This document shows positions 9,997 to 19,997 of a stretch of 64,000 nucleotides of DNA, piece by piece. The stretch spans positions 768,001 to 832,000 of the forward strand of contig CAXXLV010000002.1 in NCBI GenBank assembly GCA_963664305.2, written 5' to 3'. This DNA comes from an uncultured Aliarcobacter sp. (GTDB lineage: Bacteria > Campylobacterota > Campylobacteria > Campylobacterales > Arcobacteraceae). Position numbers and translations under genes: made by a program. The notes under the pieces are model-generated. The model was not told where the DNA came from. It saw nothing but the letters and a program-made list of their open reading frames with translations, and searched no databases. Positions within the stretch are counted from its first letter, which is position 1, and every line of letters begins with the position of its first letter.

Positions 9997-10707
9997 TTGT
10001 CAAGGGGTACAAATATGGATTTTGCAAATAAATTTGAATCAATTCAAAAAAAATTAAATCTTTCACAAAAAGATTTATCAATTAAATTAGGATTATCAAC
10101 AAACGCTATTTCACAATATATCACTGGAAAAAGGAAACCCGATTACACAACCATACAAAAATTAATAAATTTAGGAGTTTCTCCATACTTTTTATTTTCT
10201 GATGGGAAAGAACCTTTTGATCCAAATTTTCAATTATTTGCAGAAGCAGTTAAATATATTAATAGTGAAAATGAAAAAGAATTAATAGAACCTATTAGTG
10301 AATTTGTAAATAAACATAAATTAATTAACTTAATCAAATCAAAAATTGAAAAACTAAAAGGGCAAAGTTTTTTTGAAAAAGTAATTGAAGAATTTTCGAA
10401 TAAAGGTGAAAAAACTCTTAAGTTTTTATATTACTTTATTCTCTATATTGAAAGAACTCAAAAAAATTTTGATTTTTTAAATATTAAAAAATCATTCATT
10501 GATGAACTTGAAAAATTTGAACTTTCAAAAAAGGATAGAATTATATCATTTGAATTAAAAGAAAATGATAGAAAAAGGTTAATTGAATGGATTGAAAATG
10601 AATTGGATGATTCTTCAATTTTTGAAATAATTTCAAACATTGAACAATTAAAAAAAATAATAAAAGAAGAATTAAATATTTTCAACAAATATTTAATTCA
10701 GCTTTAA
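9997..10707 (+). CDS. XRE-family HTH repressor (start probably ATG at 10015)
   Basis: LSQKDLSIKLGLSTNAISQYITGKRKP HTH_3 motif; divergent from the Xis/helicase operon. Confidence 0.85.
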   Translation: MSRGTNMDFANKFESIQKKLNLSQKDLSIKLGLSTNAISQYITGKRKPDYTTIQKLINLGVSPYFLFSDGKEPFDPNFQLFAEAVKYINSENEKELIEPISEFVNKHKLINLIKSKIEKLKGQSFFEKVIEEFSNKGEKTLKFLYYFILYIERTQKNFDFLNIKKSFIDELEKFELSKKDRIISFELKENDRKRLIEWIENELDDSSIFEIISNIEQLKKIIKEELNIFNKYLIQL

Positions 10708-10820
10708 ATATTACCTTACAACTGTGTTTCCTTTTCTACTCTTCGAAGGTTTTATATATCCCATTTCAGTAATTAGAAATAGCTGTATCTGAATAAGCTA
10801 TAAGCCCAAGTCCATAAGAG

Positions 10821-10852
10821 AAGGTAAAAGCTTTATAGCTTTTACCTTTTTT
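10821..10852 (+). terminator. intrinsic terminator
   Basis: AAGGTAAAAGCT-ttat-AGCTTTTACCTT followed by a T tract. Confidence 0.75.
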
Positions 10853-10947
10853 TATTTTTGTTGATTATTTGTTAATAGCATATTAATTTATTAAAAATTA
10901 TTCTATTTAACTGTTTTTAGAATCAAATCACTTATAATTTAAATATC

Positions 10948-11298
10948 TTATTTAGTAGTTAATTTATTTGTTATTTCTTCTGATATTTTTTTCATTTTTT
11001 CATCAAATTCTTTACCAAATATTTCATCTTTTATGTATGTTGGTTTTATATAACACTTCTTTTTAAACTCTTCCATATTGTATAAATAATTCAAATATAT
11101 ATCTATAGTTTCTACTGGAGTAGTACTTCGTTTCAAATGTCCTTTGAATTTTTCATTAAAATTTTCAATTTCTTCTTCATTATCATTGTCATAAACATAA
11201 TCATCAATAAAAAATTGTCTAGCAAAATATTTTTGAGTCATTCCAAGTTTTTTAATCCATTTTTTCAATTCTTTTATTTTTTCTTCTGTTTCATTCAT
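10948..11298 (-). CDS. hypothetical, possible DNA-binding protein
   Basis: 116 aa; LKKWIKKLGMTQKYFAR resembles the start of an HTH; divergent from the small-peptide pair. Confidence 0.5.
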   Translation of the reverse strand: MNETEEKIKELKKWIKKLGMTQKYFARQFFIDDYVYDNDNEEEIENFNEKFKGHLKRSTTPVETIDIYLNYLYNMEEFKKKCYIKPTYIKDEIFGKEFDEKMKKISEEITNKLTTK

Positions 11299-11381
11299 AT
11301 CCGTGTCCCCTATTGTCCCCTACTACTATTCTATAATTTCATTATCCTAATTTTAGGAAATATATTTAAAAGGAGCCTATT

Positions 11382-11531
11382 ATGGCAAAACAAACTCCAA
11401 TGACAAAAGCTGCATCAAAAAGAATTCAATCTGCAACAGCTAAACAAAATGAAGGGCAAACTCCAAAAGGTAGCTTTGCTCAGAGAGCACAAAGTACTGC
11501 AGATAAAAGTTCATCAAAAGAAGGTAAATAA
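11382..11531 (+). CDS. 49-aa small basic protein (missed by ORF track)
   Basis: AAGGAG RBS; MAKQTPMTKAASKRIQSATAKQNEGQTPKGSFAQRAQSTADKSSSKEGK*. Confidence 0.75.
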   Translation: MAKQTPMTKAASKRIQSATAKQNEGQTPKGSFAQRAQSTADKSSSKEGK

Positions 11532-11532
11532 A

Positions 11533-11631
11533 ATGGCTAAAACATCAAATTGTAAACCAAATATGCCAAGTACTACAGGTAATCCATCTGGAAAAGGTCG
11601 TAGTAACTGTACTCCTTCTCAAAGAAAATAA
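11533..11631 (+). CDS. 32-aa small peptide
   Basis: MAKTSNCKPNMPSTTGNPSGKGRSNCTPSQRK*; starts 1 bp after the previous stop and is followed by the hairpin GATAGGCT-ttt-AGCCTATC. Confidence 0.65.
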   Translation: MAKTSNCKPNMPSTTGNPSGKGRSNCTPSQRK

Positions 11632-11654
11632 GCTAGATAGGCTTTTAGCCTATC

Positions 11655-11990
11655 TTACATACACTCTCTTGCTTTAGTCTCAAATATATTTAAAAACCTA
11701 TTGTTATCCTCTCTAAATAGTTCGTAAGGATAGTTTATTTCTGTTTTTTCTAACGCACATATGCATATTTTTCTTTTATCTATATGTACTTTTTCATTTA
11801 TTGGCTCATTATAATTAAATATGCATTTCTCAATAATAGTATATTCAACATTTATAGGATATCTATCAGTTTGTAAATTATACTTTTCTATTAAATCATC
11901 AACATAATGTCCTGATACTCCACCAACAGTTAAAGCCATTAAAATTGATGCAACTTTTTTCTTATTGTCCATTTTCACTCCATAAGTCAT
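11655..11990 (-). CDS. hypothetical exported protein
   Basis: N-terminal hydrophobic segment and several Cys residues. Confidence 0.55.
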   Translation of the reverse strand: MTYGVKMDNKKKVASILMALTVGGVSGHYVDDLIEKYNLQTDRYPINVEYTIIEKCIFNYNEPINEKVHIDKRKICICALEKTEINYPYELFREDNNRFLNIFETKARECM

Positions 11991-12348
11991 TCATTTTAAA
12001 AGCATACTTATATAAGGCAATATAAAAAGGTATACATATTATAAAAAACCAAATATATGCCTCCTGCCACTCTAATAATGAATAGCCAACTGTATCTATA
12101 ATTGAAAGAATAAAAATAAAAATCCAGAAATCTTTATAAAATATTTTTTTTCGATATACAAAACCATATAATCCAATAAAAGAAACTAAAAATAATACAA
12201 ATTCAAAAATTTCATAAAAAACTTCAGATTTATATAATCCATCAAATATTTCATTATTATCAAATAATAAAATATACATATAAAATAAAGTTAAACCTAA
12301 AAATATATAAAAATATATTTTCCACCAAATACTACGTTTTTCAACCAA
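11962..12348 (-). CDS. 4-TM membrane protein
   Basis: Four hydrophobic stretches; AAGGAG RBS. Confidence 0.65.
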   Translation of the reverse strand: MVEKRSIWWKIYFYIFLGLTLFYMYILLFDNNEIFDGLYKSEVFYEIFEFVLFLVSFIGLYGFVYRKKIFYKDFWIFIFILSIIDTVGYSLLEWQEAYIWFFIICIPFYIALYKYAFKMNDLWSENGQ

Positions 12349-12359
12349 ACTAATCTCCT

Positions 12360-15065
12360 TTAAACCAAATTAATCAAACTCTCTCTTAATTTTTTACTTT
12401 CTTGACTTTCATTAGTTGCAAATCTAACTATTGGAATATTATATTTTTCTAATATTTCATCCTTTAATTTATCCCGCTTTAATTGAGTTGGATTATTTTC
12501 ATGGTACTCATAACCATCAACTTCAATAGCTAACACTATCTGTTTATCGATTTTGCTATATATTATAAAGTCTATATGAGTATTTTCATTATTTACAAAT
12601 TTAATTTCTTTTTCATTCAATAAACTATAATCTTTAACTATTCTATATAATTGCATATGTAATACAACATCTAAGTGAAGAAAACTTTCATCTTCTAATA
12701 CTTCATCAATTACAAGACACATTAAATTTTCAGATTTATGTTCAGATACATTTTTATACTTTTTTTGATATTTATTTAAATGTGAAGAATAACTTTTATA
12801 AAGTAAATCAAATATTGAGTAAATTTTACTTTCTAGAACATCACAGTTATAATATTTAATATAACCTATTAAATCTTTCATATTTTTATTTTTTTCTCTA
12901 TCTGAAACTACAACATAAAGCTTATCTACAGCTCTAGAGATTGCAACATTCAATAAGTTCTTATCATCAGCAAATTCATCTTCATCATTTACTACAGTAC
13001 TTAAAATAATTATATTTTTTTCACGACCTTGATATTTATGTACAGTATCAACTTCTATTTCTTTATTATTATTCTTATACTCTTCATTTATTTTATCTAC
13101 TTGTTTTCTAAATGGAGAGATTATTCCTATACTAGTATCTTTTAAATCAGGTAATATCTCATTAGTAATTACATCAATTTGACGTTGATTGTATTTTCCT
13201 CTTGCATGATTTCCTTCTACAGTATTAAATAAAACTAAAGATGATTCATTTTCATTTTCAAATTTTGTTAAAACTATTAGCTCATTATTATAAAATTTCT
13301 TATTACAAAAACCTATAATTTTTGGATTACATCTATAATGCTCTCTTAAAAGAGTTTTAGGAACATCTTTAAAAAGTTTAGTAATTGATAGTAACAAATT
13401 ATTATCATAATGATATGATTCATTAACTTTATATTGATTATAAACAATTTGAATTAAATCTTTTGTTTCCTTTGTAACTACATGAGGTAGTTGTTTTAAA
13501 TCACCAACAATAACTACATTTTTTGCACAAGATAAAGCTAAAGAACCTGCAACCACATCAACTTGTGAAGATTCATCTATTATCAAATAATCATATAAAT
13601 AGCTATTTCCTGTAGAGTTTCTTAATGAATGAGTTGTACTTAAAACAATAGGATATTCTTCAATAAAACTTCCAAAATCTTTCCATAAGACATCACTATT
13701 AAAACTTGTTCTCTTATTTGCAAATTTATATTTATTTGATATAAACCTTTTTAATAAAAACATTGACTTTTGAGTATATAACTTCATTTTATTTTCAAAA
13801 TCAAAGTTTGATAACTTACTTTCAAAAGTATTTATTTGTTTAGTTATTTCAATCTCTTTATTTTCATAAAATAAACTTTGAAGATATTCAATTATAGAGT
13901 TTATTGGATATTTGTAAATTGAAAAAGAAAAGAGCCTATATTTTATGAGATTCTTTATTTTAAACAAAAGCGTTATCTTTTTATTTAAAAGTTGAATATT
14001 CTCAAACTCTGCCCATAAAGAAAGTATAGAATCAATATCGTACTTGTTGAAACTTTTAAAATATTCTATATTTTTATCTTTTTTATCATAGTAATCTAAA
14101 AAATGTTTTTTTTCTACTTTAAATTCTTCATATAGTTGTTTTTGTAATGCTAATTCATTCTGAGTAGATAACATCTCTTTAAGAGATTTACTATCTTGAC
14201 TTACTTCTTTATATAGTTTATTAAAATCAACCTCAGTTTTTTCACTTACAAAGTTAGGATAACTGCTATCTTGATTATTAAAAAACTCTTCTTGATTATC
14301 TTTATTACCTAAAAATGCTGATATAAAAGACAAATCGTGACTACTTAATTTATCATATACATTTTTTGTTGCCGCATTATTATTTGACACAATAGCAACT
14401 GTTTTTTCTTGCATTATAATATTTGATAAAATATTTAATATAGTTTGTGTTTTACCAGTACCTGGAGGTCCTTCAATAATACTTATTTGATTTGTTAGTG
14501 CATTTTCTACAGCTTTTTCTTGACTTAAATTAAAACCAAAAGGAAAGATAATTGTAGATCTATTTTCAAAAGTATCAATACTACTAGAAGCTAAATATTT
14601 AGATAAGACACTATCTTCACTTATGAAAGTCATTTTTTTATATTGTTTATCTAAAAATCCAACTTCTTCTTTATCATCCGTATTATTTAATCTTTCTGCT
14701 AAACTTTTTAAATACTCTAATACACTATTTACCCTATTATCATTTAAACAGTTTTTTTCTATTTTAATACGCTTTTTATCATATAATTTATTAGTACCAT
14801 TTTCATAAAAAATCTTTAAATGACTTTTAAAATCAAGAATTCTAACTATTTTGAATAATAGTTTTCCATCTAAAAAAACAATACAACTATTTAAGTTTAT
14901 CTCTATGGGATTTTCCATTATCTTAACTTTCTCTAAACTATATGAATATTTAGTATCATTACTTTTAAAAACTACATCAACTTTATTTTTATTAATATCA
15001 AAACTTTCAATCTCTTCTGTTTTATCAACATCATTTATTAGAATTAAATACTTATTTATATCCAT
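12360..15065 (-). CDS. SF1 (UPF1/DNA2-like) helicase with C-terminal DUF2726-like nuclease domain
   Basis: GPPGTGKT, IIDESSQ, VGDLKQL, TVHKYQGRE and NVAISRA; C-terminal HIDF...AIEVDGYEYH...RDKLKD. Confidence 0.88.
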   Translation of the reverse strand: MDINKYLILINDVDKTEEIESFDINKNKVDVVFKSNDTKYSYSLEKVKIMENPIEINLNSCIVFLDGKLLFKIVRILDFKSHLKIFYENGTNKLYDKKRIKIEKNCLNDNRVNSVLEYLKSLAERLNNTDDKEEVGFLDKQYKKMTFISEDSVLSKYLASSSIDTFENRSTIIFPFGFNLSQEKAVENALTNQISIIEGPPGTGKTQTILNILSNIIMQEKTVAIVSNNNAATKNVYDKLSSHDLSFISAFLGNKDNQEEFFNNQDSSYPNFVSEKTEVDFNKLYKEVSQDSKSLKEMLSTQNELALQKQLYEEFKVEKKHFLDYYDKKDKNIEYFKSFNKYDIDSILSLWAEFENIQLLNKKITLLFKIKNLIKYRLFSFSIYKYPINSIIEYLQSLFYENKEIEITKQINTFESKLSNFDFENKMKLYTQKSMFLLKRFISNKYKFANKRTSFNSDVLWKDFGSFIEEYPIVLSTTHSLRNSTGNSYLYDYLIIDESSQVDVVAGSLALSCAKNVVIVGDLKQLPHVVTKETKDLIQIVYNQYKVNESYHYDNNLLLSITKLFKDVPKTLLREHYRCNPKIIGFCNKKFYNNELIVLTKFENENESSLVLFNTVEGNHARGKYNQRQIDVITNEILPDLKDTSIGIISPFRKQVDKINEEYKNNNKEIEVDTVHKYQGREKNIIILSTVVNDEDEFADDKNLLNVAISRAVDKLYVVVSDREKNKNMKDLIGYIKYYNCDVLESKIYSIFDLLYKSYSSHLNKYQKKYKNVSEHKSENLMCLVIDEVLEDESFLHLDVVLHMQLYRIVKDYSLLNEKEIKFVNNENTHIDFIIYSKIDKQIVLAIEVDGYEYHENNPTQLKRDKLKDEILEKYNIPIVRFATNESQESKKLRESLINLV

Positions 15066-15071
15066 ATAACT

Positions 15072-16550
15072 TTACTTTATCTTTCTTAAGTTCTCTAATA
15101 TCTTCACCATTGCCAAAGTATCCAGTTTGCAATACTCTAAAAGTGAGTTTCTTAGTTTTAGTTTCTCTTTTTCATCTAGTGAACCTAGTCTTGAAAAAGC
15201 ATTCATAGCTTGGCTTCCATTTTGAACACCATCAAGTTCTTTGTAGGCTTTCTCAAACTCTGGAACAAGTGCTGGAAGTACATATTTGATAGAGTAACTT
15301 CCTTGCATAGCTGGAGTTACATACCACTTTTTTTGAAAAGGTACCATGAGGTCTTGCATATTTTCATTTATAGCCAATAAGTGTCCACTAAACTCTTCAA
15401 ATAATGTTGCCAATCTTTTTATAACACCTTTTTCAAAACTCATGTTATAAGCTAATACAGTTACATCACTTGGAATATCTTCACATAGTCTAAGAGCGAG
15501 TTCATATCTACTATCAACACTATCTTGTGCTAAATACTCTTTGTGTTCTAATGTTCCATCTTCATATTCAATATGAAGTGAGTATTGAAATGGTATTTGC
15601 TCAAAAGGTTTTATACCTTTAAACTGTGGTATTGCTTGTTGATAGGTTTCAAAGTCTAAATGATATATTGGGTAAGTAAGACTTTGTAAAAATGATTTAA
15701 TATTTTCTATATCTATATATGTGATTTTTGATTTATAGTTTTCAACAGCTTGTGCTTGAATAGAAGTCATATCAAAGTCATGTGGTACATCATCTATATT
15801 TATAATACCTCTTTTATAAAGTTCAATTTGTTTTTTACTTCCAAGATTAAAAATATTAAATATAGAATAATCAGGTATTTGTCTTTGAACTTTCCAACAA
15901 TACTCTTTTCCATCACATTCATAAGGACTATTACAATGTTTACCTATATCTATATTTGGTTCGTTTTCTTTATCATTTAAATATGTTTCAAACTCTTTTA
16001 AAATATTTGGAATATTTGATTGCATTGATATAACATCATTTGTAACATCAACTATTTTAAAAAGTTGATGTATATCTAAGTCATCACCTCTTATATATTC
16101 ATTATTTATATAAATTACATTTGCACTTTTTATTTTTAAACCTAAATTTTTAAGTACATAATACTGAATAGATACATCATGTAAATATATATCTTTTACT
16201 TCAGTAGAACTTTTAACTTCATAAATAGAGACTTCACCATTAGAAATAGTTAAAATATCTACCATAATTAAAATACCTGAAAAGTTAAAAGTAGCTTCAT
16301 AGATATTCTCTATTCCCTCATCAAGTAACTGTTTTGTAGTAGCTATCATCTCATCATAGTTTTTTGAATATGGCACTTCTTTTCCATCAGGGAAAAGCTG
16401 ACAAGCAAAATCTCCAACTATGTTTCCAGTTTCAAATATAGCTTGGGCTGATTCATCTGGTGGTGTTAATACACTTGGCTTATATTTTTTAAGCCAAAGT
16501 GCTTTGGGGCATTGAATGCCTTTTGTGTAGAGGGATTTAGATAGGTTCAT
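15072..16550 (-). CDS. DUF2779-family protein (RecB/Cas4-like nuclease plus RNase H-like domain)
   Basis: LSKS..QCPKALWL, VDIL...EVKSS, C..PYEC...YC, LDFET, YNMSFEK and YCKLDTLAM. Confidence 0.8.
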   Translation of the reverse strand: MNLSKSLYTKGIQCPKALWLKKYKPSVLTPPDESAQAIFETGNIVGDFACQLFPDGKEVPYSKNYDEMIATTKQLLDEGIENIYEATFNFSGILIMVDILTISNGEVSIYEVKSSTEVKDIYLHDVSIQYYVLKNLGLKIKSANVIYINNEYIRGDDLDIHQLFKIVDVTNDVISMQSNIPNILKEFETYLNDKENEPNIDIGKHCNSPYECDGKEYCWKVQRQIPDYSIFNIFNLGSKKQIELYKRGIINIDDVPHDFDMTSIQAQAVENYKSKITYIDIENIKSFLQSLTYPIYHLDFETYQQAIPQFKGIKPFEQIPFQYSLHIEYEDGTLEHKEYLAQDSVDSRYELALRLCEDIPSDVTVLAYNMSFEKGVIKRLATLFEEFSGHLLAINENMQDLMVPFQKKWYVTPAMQGSYSIKYVLPALVPEFEKAYKELDGVQNGSQAMNAFSRLGSLDEKEKLKLRNSLLEYCKLDTLAMVKILENLRKIK

Positions 16551-19063
16551 TAATTAATCTTATTATTAATTTCATCAATTAATATTGTAGACATTTCAAA
16601 AGATTCTAAATCTTGTTTTTTTAACCATTCTTTACATTCTGCTCTTGTCATACTTGAGGTAGGTGTATATTCTGATAATAATATAGCCGTATTTCGACTA
16701 AGTCCTAGTTCAATAAATGATAGTTGAGTTTTCTGTGAAACACCAAATTCTAACCAAATAGTTAATTCAGGAATTTCTTCTAATAATTTTTCTTTTCCTT
16801 TTTCTTTCAAAACCAATCTTAAAATATCCATATAGCAAGATGAATATTTAGCAAATTTAAATCTAGCATATGTTTCTATATCTGCCATTACATCTCTAAT
16901 AACACTATCTCTTTTTTTTCTTTTACCCCAGTATTTTAAGCTTTTTTGTATCATAAAAGATAACTTATAACCTCTTATCCATCTAACAATTAAAGAAGCA
17001 TGATAATAAGATACTCCATTAAAATCTCCAGAAAGATGAGTATTTACTATTTCCACAATTTTTTGAAATGACTCTACAGCGTTATCAGAGTGAATATCAT
17101 CAGGAATAAATTTTTTAAACTTTGTTTCACTATTTAAAAACAGATATAATTCCTGTTGAGCAATAGGACTAATACCTACATGTTTTTTTAATAATGCATC
17201 AGGAATAGTTATGTTTTCTTTCAATTTCGAGAAAGTAGATTCAAGCTGTTTTTCTTTTTTTTCATCTTTTATAAGATTACTTAACTTATTATCTAGCCAC
17301 CTTGTATAATAAAAATTAAATGCATACTCGAATGACATATTATTATTTTTTGATAACTCTTCTCTTGGTGTTCCCTTATCTATAAAAGCTAAAAATTCAT
17401 CAAAATTATTATTAATAATTGTTGTCGCTTTAATGATTTCATTTTTCTTATTTTGTAAAGAAGGTATAGTATTCCATTTATTCGTATCTATACAAATAAT
17501 ATTACCTTGAAATTCTTTACCTAATCTTCCTGCTCGCCCTGCTAAGTTCCAAAAATCAGTTTGTGTCATATCTAATTTTGTTGCCCTTTTAGGTTTTCTA
17601 ATAAAAATATTTTTTGCTGGTAAATTAACTCCTTCTAGTAATGTTGAAGTGCAAAAAATATATTTTATTTCACCTTGTTCAAATAGCTTTTCTATTTCTT
17701 GTCGAATTATTAATGGCATATTTCCATAATGAAAAGCAATTCTCTTTCCTAAAACTTTTACTAAATTATAATTTGGATGAATACTATCTTTTACTAGTTT
17801 AATCAATTCGTTAATTTTCTTATTATCTGTAACAATATCATCTATTAAAATATTGAAAAGCTTAATTGCATGTTCTTCCGTATAAGAAGGTTTATATTGA
17901 TATATTAAATTACCTCCTTCTTTATTAGCAAGTTTTTGAATAATTTTTACTAATCTTTGAGCTTCTTGAATACTTTCATCAAAACTAAAATTAGCAATTT
18001 TAAACTGTCCAAAATTACTAACTAAATCTATTTTCCAGTTTTTAGTACTGCCAGATTCCGAAGATACAAATAATAGATTTTGATTAACTGCTATATAATC
18101 TTTATTAACTTTATCATGTTTTTTATTTTCAATATTAGGCAAATTTTCAAATAATATTTCTGGATTTTTAGTAAAAGGTGAAGCAAATATAGTTTGAATA
18201 TTTTCATTATTTTCAATTACTTCTATAAGTTTTTCTTCAACTAATATACCTCTATGTCCTTGTTCTACTTGTTGTGCTTCATCAACAATAAGTGTATCAA
18301 TCTTAGTTTGATTATCAACTAAAAACCAATGTAATCTTTCTTGAGTAAACACAAAAATTTTTTTTGAAAAAGTTTCTTCAGGAATCTTTGGTACTGTAGA
18401 TAAATATATATTTTCAAGATTTTCTTTTTTTAATAGTTTTCTTATATCATTTTCAACTTGATTTATTAAAGCTCTTGTTGGCACTAAATATATAATAGTC
18501 TCATCATTACTATTTATTATTTTATCTAAAAGAATCTGACTTAGAATAAATGATTTTCCAGAAGAAGTAGGTGAAGATATACTAATAAATTGATTACTTT
18601 TAACTTTTGAATATACTTCACTTTGAAAACTATTCAAAGAAAGAACTTTACCATTTATTAGGATAGTATTGTGTAAATTGTTATTAATAATCTTCAATTG
18701 TAAAATTGAAGATAACTTTTCAAAATAATTTTTTTCAATTAAATTTTTATCTATAGCTAACTCAATTGTTCTATTGTTTGTTAAATTATTTAAAATTACA
18801 GCACAGGACTCTTTCTGTACAATATTTGAATCTTCATAGTTAATTATGGTTTGTGCAATTCTTAAAGCAGTTTCCATATGTAATGTTTCATTAGACTTTG
18901 ATAAAATACTTGCTATTGAAATTACATTATTAATATCTATTGTTTCATGTAAATTATTTTGAAGTTTAGTAAATTGACTAAGAACTGAATATCGTAAAAG
19001 TTTCTTATATTGGTCTTGAAAACTGTCAAGAGAATAAAGCTTTGTTGAAATATTTTCATTCAT
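16550..19063 (-). CDS. hamB: Hachiman helicase (Ski2-like DEAD/DEAH)
   Basis: SPTSSGKS, VDEAQ, CTSTLLEGVNLPA and NLAGRAGR; directly downstream of a DUF1837 gene. Confidence 0.85.
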   Translation of the reverse strand: MNENISTKLYSLDSFQDQYKKLLRYSVLSQFTKLQNNLHETIDINNVISIASILSKSNETLHMETALRIAQTIINYEDSNIVQKESCAVILNNLTNNRTIELAIDKNLIEKNYFEKLSSILQLKIINNNLHNTILINGKVLSLNSFQSEVYSKVKSNQFISISSPTSSGKSFILSQILLDKIINSNDETIIYLVPTRALINQVENDIRKLLKKENLENIYLSTVPKIPEETFSKKIFVFTQERLHWFLVDNQTKIDTLIVDEAQQVEQGHRGILVEEKLIEVIENNENIQTIFASPFTKNPEILFENLPNIENKKHDKVNKDYIAVNQNLLFVSSESGSTKNWKIDLVSNFGQFKIANFSFDESIQEAQRLVKIIQKLANKEGGNLIYQYKPSYTEEHAIKLFNILIDDIVTDNKKINELIKLVKDSIHPNYNLVKVLGKRIAFHYGNMPLIIRQEIEKLFEQGEIKYIFCTSTLLEGVNLPAKNIFIRKPKRATKLDMTQTDFWNLAGRAGRLGKEFQGNIICIDTNKWNTIPSLQNKKNEIIKATTIINNNFDEFLAFIDKGTPREELSKNNNMSFEYAFNFYYTRWLDNKLSNLIKDEKKEKQLESTFSKLKENITIPDALLKKHVGISPIAQQELYLFLNSETKFKKFIPDDIHSDNAVESFQKIVEIVNTHLSGDFNGVSYYHASLIVRWIRGYKLSFMIQKSLKYWGKRKKRDSVIRDVMADIETYARFKFAKYSSCYMDILRLVLKEKGKEKLLEEIPELTIWLEFGVSQKTQLSFIELGLSRNTAILLSEYTPTSSMTRAECKEWLKKQDLESFEMSTILIDEINNKIN

Positions 19064-19066
19064 TAT

Positions 19067-19993
19067 CTAAACTCCTAATTCTGCTAAGAAATTATCTCTA
19101 AACTCTTGAACACTTGGAAATGGTAAAATAAACATATGTATTATAAAACTATCCAAATAAATATGTTCATTAATTTGCTCTTTAACCTTAGCTTTCCAAT
19201 CTGATATTTTTAAATTAACTTCATCAATAACATCTTGAATAATTTTTGAATTAGGAGTATTAGGATATTTATTAAAATCAAATCCTACTAAAGCAACACC
19301 TCTATAATTTACACTATTATAATTTGGGTGATTTTTATCAAAATAGTTTACAAGTGCATTTTGGAATTCTTCATCTCTAACATCAATATTGTCATGTATT
19401 AATTCTATATCTCTATCTGTAGATGAATTATTTTGTAAGAAATTATTTAAACTTTCAAAACATTCTTTTATTGCAGTTCCATAAGTTTGATGAAGCTTAG
19501 ATTCACCCCAATATACTTCTAATTGACCATTTTCTCCTAATGTACAATGTATTCCATCTACACCATGATAATGAACATGTTGACTAGTTTTAAGTGGCAT
19601 TTTACAAATCAATTGTGGTATTTTTAAAAATTCTTCTACTAAAATATACAATAATAATTCACCACCTTCACCTGAAGTTTTTAAATGTGTAAAAAGGTTA
19701 ACAGCTTTTTCTCTAAGTTCAAGAGCATGTGCAAATCCACCTTCATCAGCATCTTTTTTTTGTGCAGCCATTATTTCACTTTTAGGTATTGCATAGTTTA
19801 TTACTCGATGAGATAAATATTTTGCAAAATCTTTAACCCTTGGTAATCCATTACCATTTAATTCTAAACAATGAACACAAGTAGTAGTTTTTGTATCATC
19901 AATTTCAGAATGAAGTTCTATAGTTTTTATATGTGCATTTATATTATCAGATTGACTACTTATTAATTCATCAAATTTTTCTCTTGTTAACAT
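19067..19993 (-). CDS. hamA: Hachiman nuclease (DUF1837)
   Basis: SGEGGELLLY...KMPLKT...HGVDGIH...WGESK, the DUF1837 signature. Confidence 0.88.
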   Translation of the reverse strand: MLTREKFDELISSQSDNINAHIKTIELHSEIDDTKTTTCVHCLELNGNGLPRVKDFAKYLSHRVINYAIPKSEIMAAQKKDADEGGFAHALELREKAVNLFTHLKTSGEGGELLLYILVEEFLKIPQLICKMPLKTSQHVHYHGVDGIHCTLGENGQLEVYWGESKLHQTYGTAIKECFESLNNFLQNNSSTDRDIELIHDNIDVRDEEFQNALVNYFDKNHPNYNSVNYRGVALVGFDFNKYPNTPNSKIIQDVIDEVNLKISDWKAKVKEQINEHIYLDSFIIHMFILPFPSVQEFRDNFLAELGV

Positions 19994-19997
19994 TCAT

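Noticed and set aside
11449..11631. 60-aa ORF from the track
   Set aside because: Its 5' part overlaps the better-supported 11382-11531 ORF; the start is probably 11533.
15072..16550. Cas4-like gene implying a CRISPR locus
   Set aside because: No repeat-spacer array or other cas genes seen; the motifs fit DUF2779.
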